Shown in pieces: positions 25,986-36,185 of a stretch of 59,958 nucleotides of DNA (positions are counted from its first letter, which is position 1; the number at the start of each line of letters is the position of its first letter). The DNA is from Chloroflexota bacterium. Its GTDB lineage: Bacteria > Chloroflexota > UBA11872. The stretch lies in assembly GCA_028874315.1 (NCBI GenBank), contig JAPPKM010000129.1, positions 1 through 59,958 of the forward strand, written 5' to 3'. The position numbers were made by a program, and so were the translations under genes. The notes beneath the pieces are model-generated. The model searched no databases, was not told the origin of the DNA, and saw nothing but the letters and a program-made list of their open reading frames with translations.

Positions 25986-27983
25986 CTACTCCTCGTCCCC
26001 CCGCAGCGCGGCGAGGACCGAAAGGTCCTCCAGGGTCGTCGTGTCACCCACCACCTCGCGGCCCGCGGCAATGTCCCGCAGCAGGCGTCGCATGATCTTG
26101 CCGCTGCGAGTCTTGGGGAGTGCGTCGGTAAACCGTAGCTGCTTGGGACACGCGAAGCGTCCAAGCACCTGGCCAACGTGCGCAATCAGCTCGGCCTGCA
26201 GTTCGTCGCTGCCGTCCACTTCGGCGCGCAGCGTGACGAATGCCGAAATGAACTCACCAGTAATGGGATCCGGCGCGCCCACGACTGCCGACTCGGCCAC
26301 CGATGGATGGCTGACCAGCGCGCTCTCCACCTCGGCCGTACCGATGCGGTGACCCGCCACGCTTAGCGTGTCGTCCACCCGCCCGATCACCCAGTAGTAC
26401 CCGTCGGCATCGCGCACCGCGCCGTCGCCGGTCAGATAGCGACCGGGGAATTTCTCCCAGTAGGTCTCGATCAGCCGCTCGCTGTCGCCGTACTCGCCCG
26501 GATGCCCGGGCTGGCCCCAGCCTTCCTGGTAAATGCCGCGAAGCATCGAAGGCCAGGCCCGCTTGATGATCAGCAGCCCTCGGTGGCCGTCCGGCACGGG
26601 CTCGCCGTCCTCGCCAACAACCGCAGGCTCCACGCCCGGAAACGGCAGCGTGGCCGAGCCGGGCTTCAGGGTCGTCGCGCCCGGTAGCGGCGTAATCAGC
26701 ACCCCGCCCGTTTCCGTCTGCCACCAGGTGTCAACGATCGGGCAGCGCCCCCCGCCGATCACCCGGTGATACCAGAGCCAGGCGTCGGGGTTGATCGGCT
26801 CGCCAACCGTGCCCAGCAGGCGCAGGCTCGAAAGGTCGCGTCCCTGCGGATGATGGTCACCCCAGCGCACGAACGTCCGGATCGCCGTGGGCGCCGTGTA
26901 GAACACCGTCACCCGGTACTTCTCCACGATCTCCCAGAAGCGATCCTCCGCCGGATGGTTCGGTGCGCCTTCGTACATCACGCCGCTGATTCCGTTGGCC
27001 AGGATTCCGTAGACGATGTAGCTGTGCCCGGTCACCCAGCCAATGTCGGCCGTGCACCAGTAAATGTCGTCATCTCTGAGGTCGAAGATCAGCTTTGACG
27101 TCAACGCGGTATAGACCATGTAGCCGGCCTGCGCGTGCACGACGCCCTTGGGCTTTCCGGTCGTCCCACTGGTGTACAGGATGTAAAGCGGATGTTCCGC
27201 TGGCAGTTGCGCGGGTGGACACACCTCGGATTGACCCGCAATCGCGTCGCCCCACCACACGTCGCGTCCGTCGACCCAGCCGATGTCGTTCTCGCATCGT
27301 TTGAGGACGATCACGCCCTCGACCGAGGGACAAGCGTCGTCGGCCAGCGCGGCGTCCACGTTGCCCTTGAGCGGAATCACCCGCCCACGCCGCCAACCGC
27401 CGTCGGCGGTAATGATCATGCGCGCGCCTGCGTCGTTGACTCGGTCGCGAATGGCGTCGGCGCTAAAACCGCCGAACACCACGCTGTGCACCACGCCCAG
27501 GCGCGCGCACGCCAGCATGGCCACGGGCAGCTCTGGAACCATGGGCATGTACAGGACCACGCGGTCGCCGGATTCCAGCCCCTGCGCCTTCAGCGCGTTT
27601 GCGAAGCGTTGAACATCGGTTAGCAGGTCGGCATACGTAACAACGCGCGTGTCGCCCGGCTCACCTTCCCAGTAGTAGGCAACCCGGTCCCCGCGCCCCG
27701 CCTCAACGTGCCGGTCCAGGCAGTTGACCGAGATATTGGTCTCGCCGTCCACGAACCACTTGACGAAAGGCGGCTTCCCCTCCTGCAGCTGCGTCCAGGG
27801 CTTGAACCAGGTGAAGCCGTCGGTAATCTCGCGCCAGAACCCTTCGGGGTCCTCAAGGCTGCGCCGATGCAGCTCCTGGTAGGCCTCGAACGACGGGACG
27901 TGCGCGGCCGCAGCGAAGTCCGCCGGAGGGGCGAATAACTCAGTCTCTTGCGAAGCCTGATGCGTGTCCTGCGCCGCCGCCAT
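25986..27983 (-). CDS. acs: Acetate--CoA ligase (acetyl-CoA synthetase)
   Basis: [58 protein letters not shown]. Confidence 0.96.
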   Translation of the reverse strand: MAAAQDTHQASQETELFAPPADFAAAAHVPSFEAYQELHRRSLEDPEGFWREITDGFTWFKPWTQLQEGKPPFVKWFVDGETNISVNCLDRHVEAGRGDRVAYYWEGEPGDTRVVTYADLLTDVQRFANALKAQGLESGDRVVLYMPMVPELPVAMLACARLGVVHSVVFGGFSADAIRDRVNDAGARMIITADGGWRRGRVIPLKGNVDAALADDACPSVEGVIVLKRCENDIGWVDGRDVWWGDAIAGQSEVCPPAQLPAEHPLYILYTSGTTGKPKGVVHAQAGYMVYTALTSKLIFDLRDDDIYWCTADIGWVTGHSYIVYGILANGISGVMYEGAPNHPAEDRFWEIVEKYRVTVFYTAPTAIRTFVRWGDHHPQGRDLSSLRLLGTVGEPINPDAWLWYHRVIGGGRCPIVDTWWQTETGGVLITPLPGATTLKPGSATLPFPGVEPAVVGEDGEPVPDGHRGLLIIKRAWPSMLRGIYQEGWGQPGHPGEYGDSERLIETYWEKFPGRYLTGDGAVRDADGYYWVIGRVDDTLSVAGHRIGTAEVESALVSHPSVAESAVVGAPDPITGEFISAFVTLRAEVDGSDELQAELIAHVGQVLGRFACPKQLRFTDALPKTRSGKIMRRLLRDIAAGREVVGDTTTLEDLSVLAALRGDEE

Positions 27984-28126
27984 CAATCACCCTCGCCGGT
28001 CTATCGGGTTGACCCGGGCGGAACCGAGGCTAGGGACCGGCCTCGAACCCGTCAACTCTGACGCTCCCCCACAGCAACCAGCGTCGTCGGTCCCGGTGCC
28101 CCAATCCGTCAACAATGCGCGGTGGG

Positions 28127-30307
28127 TCAGTCCTCCGCTATGTCGACGTATGTGGGGCTGGACCACGCCATGTGGCCGTCCAGTTGAAGCACACGTACGT
28201 GGTAGGCGTGAACGCCGGCCGGCGGTGCGGAGTCGGTCCAGGTCACCTGTGTGTCCAGCGGACCGCCATCTCTTGGCAGCGCCTGCAGGCGCAGGTGAGC
28301 GCCCAGACCGGCCGCCGCCAGAAATATCGGGCCGTCTTCGATTCCTTGCAGTTCCTGTGTCACCGTCAGCGGCTCGGCGCAGAACTCGATCGTGGCATCG
28401 CTCGCGGCGGCCAGTTCCATCAACACCCCGTCGTAGTCCCCGGCCGTTTCGCTTGTCCACCGCACGCTGTGCCCGTCGGCCCCAGTCAGCCCCTCTTCCG
28501 GATGGTCAAAGGCGAATGGCTCGACCCGGTTGAGTCGCGTTCCGTGAACGGTCAGTTCACCGTCCCAGGTCTGCTTGCGACCCCGCGCAATCCGCAGATT
28601 CCCCGTCCACGCCACCAGGACGTGTAACGGGTCACCCGCGGGCGTCCATCGATAGACGGGTTTGCCGTCGCGATACACCGCAATCTCGATGATCGGGGCC
28701 GTGCCGTTTGCCCTGGCGTCCACCGACACGTTCCCATGAGCTTCGGCATCGGCGCCCATGCGCGCGCCTGCGATCTGGGTATCCACCAGGATTCGCGCAC
28801 CCGAGGTTCCGTGACAGTGGCGCGAGTGCAGGCCCTCCCAGATGCCGTCGCGCGTAAGTTCGGCCGCCCGAATGCACGCGAGGCCGCCGTTGACCGGCAT
28901 CTCGTTCGCGTTGGCCCGCGTTGCGCCCGGTCGTCCCATGTGGTCGTCGCTGCCGGCCAGGAAACCGACCCGCGCTCCCGTCGCCAACGCCTGTTGAAGG
29001 AACCACTCCGAGGTGCCGTGTGCGGAGTGCACCTCCACCACCGGCTCCAGCTTCGGATCGATCCAGCGCAATTCCGCGCGCCGGCCTCCGACGTGCGGCA
29101 GCAGCATTACGTCGTCGCGCCCGTGTAAGCGCGCGTACAGCTCTTCCACGTTGAGGGCGTCACGCTCGCGGTCCAGCGGCCGGCGGTCCTCGATCAGCCA
29201 GTGCCCGGAGCGCGAAATGTCGTCGGCCTCGGGGATGCCGCGAAAGATCACGTTCCGGTCGCCGCCGACCTCGGTGTTGCCGGACCACTCGTAGCCGTGG
29301 AAGCACACAAACTCGCCGTCTTCGTGGATCGCCTCCACTTCGCGACGCAGCCGTGCCCAGAAGGCATCCGTGATCTGGAAGTCGTTGCCCTGGTGACAGG
29401 TGAAGTCGGCGCAGGCGAGGTGGCGGGCGAAGTGGAAGTAGTCCGACGATGGGTTGGTGCCCACGGTTTCGCCGCTCTGGCCGTGCAGGTCGCCCCACCA
29501 ACAACGTTGATTCGGAAGCTCGGCGGCAACCCGGATCGGGTTGCTGCGGGCTCGAAGGCCGCTGGATTGGTCGGTCACTTCGAGGCGGACCACGCCGGTT
29601 GCCGCCAGCGTCAGATTCGCAACCGGGATAACCGGACCTGCGCCCGCGGCCGTCCCCAGCACGGAGTCGCTGTCCGACATCGTGACCTGGAGCGAAGCCC
29701 CCGGCATTTCTGTGGGATTGCCCCATACGTCTTCGAATCGGGTACGAATCGCAAACGGTTCTCCGGCCTGCACGTCGCTCGGGGCAATCGCCACCAGCCG
29801 CACCGCCGGCCCCGCCACCACCGGAAACGTTAGAAACCCGTCCAGGTCCAGAAACTCCTGCGCACCCTTGCAGTCCACCGACACCTGAAATTCAAGGGCC
29901 TTTACCACGGCCACCGGCGCGCGGATGCCGGGACTTCCCGCTGAGGTGTCGCCGAACGTCAACTCCAGCCGATCGCCGGGCCAAAGACCGCCATCGTCGG
30001 TATGAACGGTGACCGCCGGAACGAACGGACGTCGGTGACCGCGCTCGTTGAAGCGCGCCACCGGGCGCACGCTGCCCTCCGACACGGTCCGAACATCCAG
30101 GTAGCCAGGCGCGGACGGATCTGCAAACTGCGGACTTCCCAGCCCGGACTGCGCCCGCCACGAGACCCGCACCGCCCCGCGATCATCCACCCCGGCCGCG
30201 CCGGCTGCATAGACGATGCGAAACGAGATTGGCTGGCCAGCCACGCCCGGCCTGTCGATCTCCAATCTGGCCGACCCAAGAATCTCGTCCGAAAGCTGAT
30301 CAGCCAT
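28127..30307 (-). CDS. DUF3604-type protein (PHP-like metal-binding barrel with flanking beta-rich domains)
   Basis: WGDLHGQSGETVG, HQGNDFQI, GYEWSGNT..GGDRNV, PHVGGR, EVHSAHG, GSDDH.GRPG, YHVRVLQ.DG..AWSSP. Start uncertain (30307 or 30367). Confidence 0.78.
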   Translation of the reverse strand: MADQLSDEILGSARLEIDRPGVAGQPISFRIVYAAGAAGVDDRGAVRVSWRAQSGLGSPQFADPSAPGYLDVRTVSEGSVRPVARFNERGHRRPFVPAVTVHTDDGGLWPGDRLELTFGDTSAGSPGIRAPVAVVKALEFQVSVDCKGAQEFLDLDGFLTFPVVAGPAVRLVAIAPSDVQAGEPFAIRTRFEDVWGNPTEMPGASLQVTMSDSDSVLGTAAGAGPVIPVANLTLAATGVVRLEVTDQSSGLRARSNPIRVAAELPNQRCWWGDLHGQSGETVGTNPSSDYFHFARHLACADFTCHQGNDFQITDAFWARLRREVEAIHEDGEFVCFHGYEWSGNTEVGGDRNVIFRGIPEADDISRSGHWLIEDRRPLDRERDALNVEELYARLHGRDDVMLLPHVGGRRAELRWIDPKLEPVVEVHSAHGTSEWFLQQALATGARVGFLAGSDDHMGRPGATRANANEMPVNGGLACIRAAELTRDGIWEGLHSRHCHGTSGARILVDTQIAGARMGADAEAHGNVSVDARANGTAPIIEIAVYRDGKPVYRWTPAGDPLHVLVAWTGNLRIARGRKQTWDGELTVHGTRLNRVEPFAFDHPEEGLTGADGHSVRWTSETAGDYDGVLMELAAASDATIEFCAEPLTVTQELQGIEDGPIFLAAAGLGAHLRLQALPRDGGPLDTQVTWTDSAPPAGVHAYHVRVLQLDGHMAWSSPTYVDIAED

Positions 30308-30469
30308 GTTGTTTAGCACCAAGCGTGTCGGCGGCAGCGCATTCTGCCTTTCAGCGGCAAGCGGCACAGAAGATTGATGTCACTTTGACGCTGGGTGACC
30401 GAAAGAGGTCAAGCACGGAATCAGTCTGACCAATGCAGTTGCTTGGCGCGAGGCCCAAGTGTTCGAGAA

Positions 30470-33283
30470 TCACTGAAGAATCCGGGCGTCAAGTTCGCCT
30501 TCGTAGACCTCGTAACGCACCTCGCCGCCCGTGGTGACAACGATTTTCATCACAGGAATGATGGCGACCTCCCACCATTCGTCGCGAAGCCTCACAGCCA
30601 ACGTCCACACGCCGGGTCCCAGTGCTTCCCCCGATGACCGGGCTGCGGCAATGATGTCCGCGTCGTCTCCGGCCGACAGGTTGATCGAATGCGGGTCAAA
30701 CGTATAGGTGCGCACTACCTGCTTCTGACCGGGAATGATCTGTCCGGCGTACCACTGGACGCCGGCGTGACGCTGACCATCGGCTTCAAATTCGCTCGGA
30801 ATCGCCCAAGGCGAGGCATCTGTAGCCATCACCAGCCAATCCTGTCCCTTCCAATGTCCTGGTGCGCGATCAGTGAACTTGGCTGCGAAGTTTATTTGAC
30901 CAGTCACCGTACGAACATCCGAGAGTCGTACGGTGAAAATCGGCCGCGGCGGCGATCTGGTGGGATCGGTGTCGCCTCGGACCGAGTAGACGGCAAGTTC
31001 CTGGTTCCACCAAATCGGCTGGCGTGCGTTTGAGCTAAGCGCGCTTGGCGCAAGAACAGCCGAAGTGATCACAAAGTCAGGCAGCATGGATCCCAGTGGT
31101 TCAGTCGGAACCCGCGTCTGTAGATGCAAAATGGAGGATGGCTCTGCGCCCAGACGTCGCGTGTGCCACAACGCCGCCGCAGCCCGAAGGGTGGCCAGGC
31201 GCTCGGCATCGTAGGGCCGAATCCCTGGCGAAAAGTAGACCGTGGACGACGCGGGAATTGCTTCGCGAAGGGCTTCAAACGAACCGGGTGTCGCCGCCGA
31301 TTGTAGGTTCAGGAATGCAGACCGGATCCGATAGAGCTCGTCGTCGCCGTCGCCCATGAGCCGTTCGAAGAAGCGTGGATCGGCGAGCCAGTGCCTGGCG
31401 CGTTCCGGCAGCTGGGCTCGCCAGGCCTCGGTCGAATGGATGTAATCGAAGCCTCGTCGGCGAATGGCCGCCGGTTCGAGATAGCGAATTGCGTCCAGAT
31501 ATTCAGGCCCCGGCTCAAAGCTGTAATGCGCAAACTGCGCGTAGCCGGCGGCATTGGGACGCCCGGTGGCAACAGAGAGGCCGGTTGGACTGGGCGAGAG
31601 GATTCGCGCATCAGTGACCGTGTGGGTACGGATGTACGCCGCTACGTCTTCCGTTGGCGGACGCGCAACTGCGTAACGACCGAGAAAGCTCCACAGAGCG
31701 TCGGGCGGACCCGGGGGGGCGTTCGCAACCTGCGGTCCGCGGCTGAGCGCCTGGCCAATGGTGTGCACCGGCGCAATGACTGTCGGCCACATGACGAGCG
31801 TCGCAACGAGCGGAATCGCGATAGGACGCCATTTCGCGCGCAGGGTCGGCAAGCGGCTGCCGACCGCAATGAGCAGAGCCAGAAGCGCAAAGTTGCGGGC
31901 GTGACCATCCAGACGGGTCACGTCTCTGGCGGGTTCGTAATGCAGCGTGAGCGCGGCGAGCAGAAAGACGACACACCCGGCCACCAGGGTCAAAACAAGG
32001 CGGTTGCGCCAAGCCAGCAGTCCGGCCGCGATCGCGGTCGGGACCAGACCGATTTCCAGCACGCCCACGCCGCCCGGGAAGGACTCAACGAAAGTCAGCA
32101 GGCGGCGACTTTCAGGGTCGGCGATCCACCCTAGTTTCAAACCACCGCCGACCGAGCCTGCAAGCACACCAGAGACGACTCCGCCGCCGACGGCCAGCAG
32201 AAGCGCGGCCAGCCCTGGACCCACGGCGGATCGAACAACGAGATCTCGAAGGATCGAACGTTCACGTCGGAGCGGCAGTAGCTGCATGAGCTCGAGACCC
32301 GCCCACAGCAGCAGCACCGTTAGTGCCACCGTCTCCTCCAGCAGACCGATAAACGCCACGAGCAGGGCAAGAACTGCGCGGGCTGGCCACAGCCGCGGGC
32401 GGCTGCTCACGGCGTGAGTGATCACAACGACGGCCAGCGCATAGGCGAGTACGAACAACGGTTGCCAAATGTTCGGCGGTGACACCTGGACCGGGGCGTT
32501 CCACGGCAGTCCGGTCGAATCCACCGCTGGCCAGTAGATGTCCGCCAGCGACGCCCGCACACCGGCCCCAGGTATGCCGGTAAGGACAGGAACTTGCAGG
32601 ATTCCCGGAGGCTCCGTGTAGTGAACCAGGGTCCACGCGCCGGCCGTAAGCAGCAGCGGGAGGAGCGCGAGTGCGAGAAACCCGCCAATGCGTACCAGCG
32701 CGGTGCCGACTACAAGGATCAGTGCGGTCCACACGTAGGCACCCAGCAGTTCAATCATGAAGACGGGCCCCAACCCAAACGGCGGCGTCAAAAGCCCGAC
32801 AAGCAGGTCCATGCCGTAGTGGTAGAAGACGTGATGGTCGGGGTTCCAAGGCAGGGTTGGCGGCCAGACGCCGGTGCGAATTGCCGCGGCAAGCCCCAAG
32901 TGGATATCGGGATCTGTTATCGAAATGAGCTGGCGACTGGCCAGGGCAACCCAAAACAGCACAAGTGCGGCGACCATGAATCCGGCGACCGTACGCAGCG
33001 GCAGACGAAGAACACCGGGACTCCGCCAAACCAGAGAGATTCCCAGCACCAGCACGGCGGCCCAGGCCACGCTTGCCCCGGCGAGCCCCGGGAGAACGTA
33101 CAGGACGAAGTTGGCAGTCAGCCCCCAAAGCGCCGGTCCGATCACCAGCCCCTGGGCCAGCGCCATTCGCTCGTCGGTCTGCCCCAGCACCAGGCGGGCC
33201 ACTACAAAGCCGACCCCGGCGAGCGCTACAAGTTCAAGCCAAAGCAAGACCAAGCCCGGCATGACGGCGGGATCAACCGTCAT
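30470..33283 (-). CDS. Paralog P7 of the membrane-protein family
   Basis: 937 aa; ITDPDIH, FYHYG, PPNIWQP, RLDGHARN, WKGQDWLV, RDEWWEV; no Cys tail. Confidence 0.85.
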   Translation of the reverse strand: MTVDPAVMPGLVLLWLELVALAGVGFVVARLVLGQTDERMALAQGLVIGPALWGLTANFVLYVLPGLAGASVAWAAVLVLGISLVWRSPGVLRLPLRTVAGFMVAALVLFWVALASRQLISITDPDIHLGLAAAIRTGVWPPTLPWNPDHHVFYHYGMDLLVGLLTPPFGLGPVFMIELLGAYVWTALILVVGTALVRIGGFLALALLPLLLTAGAWTLVHYTEPPGILQVPVLTGIPGAGVRASLADIYWPAVDSTGLPWNAPVQVSPPNIWQPLFVLAYALAVVVITHAVSSRPRLWPARAVLALLVAFIGLLEETVALTVLLLWAGLELMQLLPLRRERSILRDLVVRSAVGPGLAALLLAVGGGVVSGVLAGSVGGGLKLGWIADPESRRLLTFVESFPGGVGVLEIGLVPTAIAAGLLAWRNRLVLTLVAGCVVFLLAALTLHYEPARDVTRLDGHARNFALLALLIAVGSRLPTLRAKWRPIAIPLVATLVMWPTVIAPVHTIGQALSRGPQVANAPPGPPDALWSFLGRYAVARPPTEDVAAYIRTHTVTDARILSPSPTGLSVATGRPNAAGYAQFAHYSFEPGPEYLDAIRYLEPAAIRRRGFDYIHSTEAWRAQLPERARHWLADPRFFERLMGDGDDELYRIRSAFLNLQSAATPGSFEALREAIPASSTVYFSPGIRPYDAERLATLRAAAALWHTRRLGAEPSSILHLQTRVPTEPLGSMLPDFVITSAVLAPSALSSNARQPIWWNQELAVYSVRGDTDPTRSPPRPIFTVRLSDVRTVTGQINFAAKFTDRAPGHWKGQDWLVMATDASPWAIPSEFEADGQRHAGVQWYAGQIIPGQKQVVRTYTFDPHSINLSAGDDADIIAAARSSGEALGPGVWTLAVRLRDEWWEVAIIPVMKIVVTTGGEVRYEVYEGELDARILQ

Positions 33284-33389
33284 TCAACGGCCTTTGAACT
33301 CCGTAGCGCGCAGCGCCTGCGACTGGGACGGACACTGAAATCCTCGTGAGGGCCGGACACCATTGGCGGTGGATTGGGAGCCCGCGCGC

Positions 33390-36185
33390 TCAGGGAGCCA
33401 GCGCCGAGTCTAGTAGGCCCGCGTAGGTCCGGTAGGACACTCCGCCGGCGGGCGTCACCACAATCTTCATTACGGGGATGAAGGTCACCTCCCACCAATC
33501 TCCACGCAAGCGCACTCCCAGCGTCCACACACCCGGATCCAGGCCCGAGCCCGAGGATCTGGCGGCTGTGAAGCCGCCATTCTGATCGCGCACGGCCAGG
33601 CCAGGCGCGCGCGGATCAAACTTGAATCTATGGATGGTTGTTTCCGGCCCCGGAACAATCTGGCCTGCGTACCACTGCGTACCCGCGTGTTGCCTGCCGT
33701 CGGGTTCCAAAGCACTTGGGAAAGCCCAAGGCGAGTCGTCCGCCGCGGTCACCAGCCAGTCCTGACCCTTCCACCTCCCAGAATTCCGATCTTCAAACGT
33801 CGCGGTAAAGAGAATTTGCCCGTCGGCTTCTTGTACGTCCGACAACTGGACGCTGAATAGCGACGAGGACCGCGGGGCGGCGGGACGGGCGCCGCCTTGC
33901 GGCGCATAGACCGCCAGCTCGTCGTTCCTCCAGATCGGCTGGCGTGCGCTTGGACTGATGGCGGACGGCGTCAGCAGCGTTGACACCACGACAAAGTCAG
34001 CCGTCGAGGAACCTAGCTGCTCAGCGGGCAGGTCCGTCAGCAGATAGACGCTCGCGTCCTGCACCTCGCCGAGAACTCGAGCGTGCGACAGCACAGATGC
34101 GGTCCGAACGCTGTCGATCGGACGGATGGCCTGAGCAAGGTAGACCTTTGCAGAGGCCGGGATTGTCCGGCGAAGCGCCTCGAAAGACGCAGGGTCTGGT
34201 TCGGCATGCAAGGCCAGAAACCCAGATCGAATCCGTAGGAGCGCTTCGGTCTCAGCCCGTATCAGCGGTTCGAAGAGATCCGGATCGCGCAGCCAGCGTT
34301 GGGCCCTCTCAGGAAGACTGTCGACCCAGGCGTCCGTGGCATGCACGTAGGCGAACTCGAGCGCCCGAACCGCCGCGGGATCCAGGTAGCGAATGGCGTC
34401 GACAAATTCGGGACCCGGCGTTGGATGGAGGTGCAGATGTCCAGGAAACCCCGAGGCGTTCGGCCGACCCGTAGCGAGCGACAAGCCGGTTGGGTCGGGC
34501 GAAAGGATGCGCGCCTCAATGGCCGTGTGATGTTGAATGTAGGTCGCCATGCTCTTCGACACCGGACGACCGATGACGTAGCGACGCATGAGATTCGAGA
34601 CGAATGGCTGCCCCGGCCGGGCGTTATCGAACCTCGGTCCGTAGTTGAGCCCAAGACCAATACTGTGCACGGGCGCAGCAACGGTGGGCCAGACCACAAG
34701 CGCCAACAAGCCGGAACCGCAGATCCAGCGCCACCGGGGACGCATCGCTGAGAGTCGAACACCCAGCGCTACCAGCAACGCCATCAGAGCGAAGTTCCTT
34801 GCGTGCCCGTCCAGCCGGGTCACATCGCGCGCGGGCTCGTATTGCAGGGTGAGCGCGGCCAACAAAAACACGCCGCTCCCCACCGCCAACAACAGAACGA
34901 GCTGATTTCGTCGCGCCAGCAGCCCGGCGGCGATCGCGACGACCAACGGACCAATCCCCAAAAGGCCGATGCCGCCGGAAAGCAGGTCCAGGTGCCCCAG
35001 GGGGCGCCGGCTCCCCGGGTCGCCGATCCACCCAATGGCAAGCCGTCCGGCCGCCCCAAACGATCCAGCCGCGATTCCCGTGATCACCCCGCCGCCGGCG
35101 ACAAGCAACAAAGCGGCCAGCGCGGGGCCCGCGGCCAAGCGCAACAGCGCGGCCCGATCAACCGAACGTTTCCGCCAGGTCTGCACGAGACGCCACGTTT
35201 CCAAGAGGATCCACAATGCCAGGGTCGTCAGAGCGACCGCCTCCTCGATGATCCCCATGAACCCAATCAGTGCGGAAATCGTCAGCACCGCCGGCCAGGA
35301 CCGTTGACGGGAAGTAGCCGCCCAGGTCAGCACAACGAACGTCAGCGCAAATGCCAGCACGAACGGCGGCTTCCAGATATTCGGAGGCGATACCTGGGCC
35401 TGGCTCGTAAACGGCAGTTCATCGGGTCTGATCGCCGGCCAATAGATATCGGCCAACGAGGCCCGAAGTCCCGCCGCGGGGATACCCGTTGGCACGGGCA
35501 TCTGCAGGATGTTGTCTGGGACATAGCCGATCAGCGACGAGGCGCCCCCCGTCAGCAGCAGGGGCAGGACGACCACGCCGACCCAGCCGTACCGCCACAG
35601 CAGCGAAGCCACGACCATGGCAAGGGCGGTCCAGGCATAGGCGCCCAATATCTCCATAACCAGGCCGAGATCCGGTCCAAACGGCGGAGCCAGCAGCCCT
35701 ACCAGCAGATCGACGCCGAAGTGGTAATAGACCGGCGTCCAAGGGTTCCACGGGAGAACCGGCGGCCATGCCCCGGCCCGGAAAGCGGCGGCCAGCCCCA
35801 GGTTGATTTCAGGGTCTGGAATCGTGAAGAGTTGGCGGCCGGCCAGCGCAACCCAAAAGAATGCCGTTGCAGCCAGTCCGAAGCCTGCAATGGTGCGGAG
35901 GGGAACCCGCAGAGCCTGTCGCGCGCGCCAGGCAAGACCACCGCCCAGGACCACAACGATGATCCAGCCGGCAATGGCGCCAGCCATCCCGGGCACGATG
36001 TGCAGCAGGAAGCTCACGATCACCCCCCAGAGCGCCGGCCCGATCACCAGCCCCTGCGCCAGCGCCATTTCGTGGCGGGCTTGCCGCAGGGCCACCCGAG
36101 CAACCACATAGCCAGCGGTTGCCAGCGCCGCCATCTCCAGCGCCAGCAGCAGCAGCCCGGGCACGACCATCGAATCCACGGTCAT
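33390..36185 (-). CDS. Paralog P8 of the membrane-protein family
   Basis: 931 aa; IPDPEIN, YYHFG, PPNIWKP, RLDGHARN, WKGQDWLV, RGDWWEV; start overlaps the P9 stop (ATGA). Confidence 0.85.
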   Translation of the reverse strand: MTVDSMVVPGLLLLALEMAALATAGYVVARVALRQARHEMALAQGLVIGPALWGVIVSFLLHIVPGMAGAIAGWIIVVVLGGGLAWRARQALRVPLRTIAGFGLAATAFFWVALAGRQLFTIPDPEINLGLAAAFRAGAWPPVLPWNPWTPVYYHFGVDLLVGLLAPPFGPDLGLVMEILGAYAWTALAMVVASLLWRYGWVGVVVLPLLLTGGASSLIGYVPDNILQMPVPTGIPAAGLRASLADIYWPAIRPDELPFTSQAQVSPPNIWKPPFVLAFALTFVVLTWAATSRQRSWPAVLTISALIGFMGIIEEAVALTTLALWILLETWRLVQTWRKRSVDRAALLRLAAGPALAALLLVAGGGVITGIAAGSFGAAGRLAIGWIGDPGSRRPLGHLDLLSGGIGLLGIGPLVVAIAAGLLARRNQLVLLLAVGSGVFLLAALTLQYEPARDVTRLDGHARNFALMALLVALGVRLSAMRPRWRWICGSGLLALVVWPTVAAPVHSIGLGLNYGPRFDNARPGQPFVSNLMRRYVIGRPVSKSMATYIQHHTAIEARILSPDPTGLSLATGRPNASGFPGHLHLHPTPGPEFVDAIRYLDPAAVRALEFAYVHATDAWVDSLPERAQRWLRDPDLFEPLIRAETEALLRIRSGFLALHAEPDPASFEALRRTIPASAKVYLAQAIRPIDSVRTASVLSHARVLGEVQDASVYLLTDLPAEQLGSSTADFVVVSTLLTPSAISPSARQPIWRNDELAVYAPQGGARPAAPRSSSLFSVQLSDVQEADGQILFTATFEDRNSGRWKGQDWLVTAADDSPWAFPSALEPDGRQHAGTQWYAGQIVPGPETTIHRFKFDPRAPGLAVRDQNGGFTAARSSGSGLDPGVWTLGVRLRGDWWEVTFIPVMKIVVTPAGGVSYRTYAGLLDSALAP

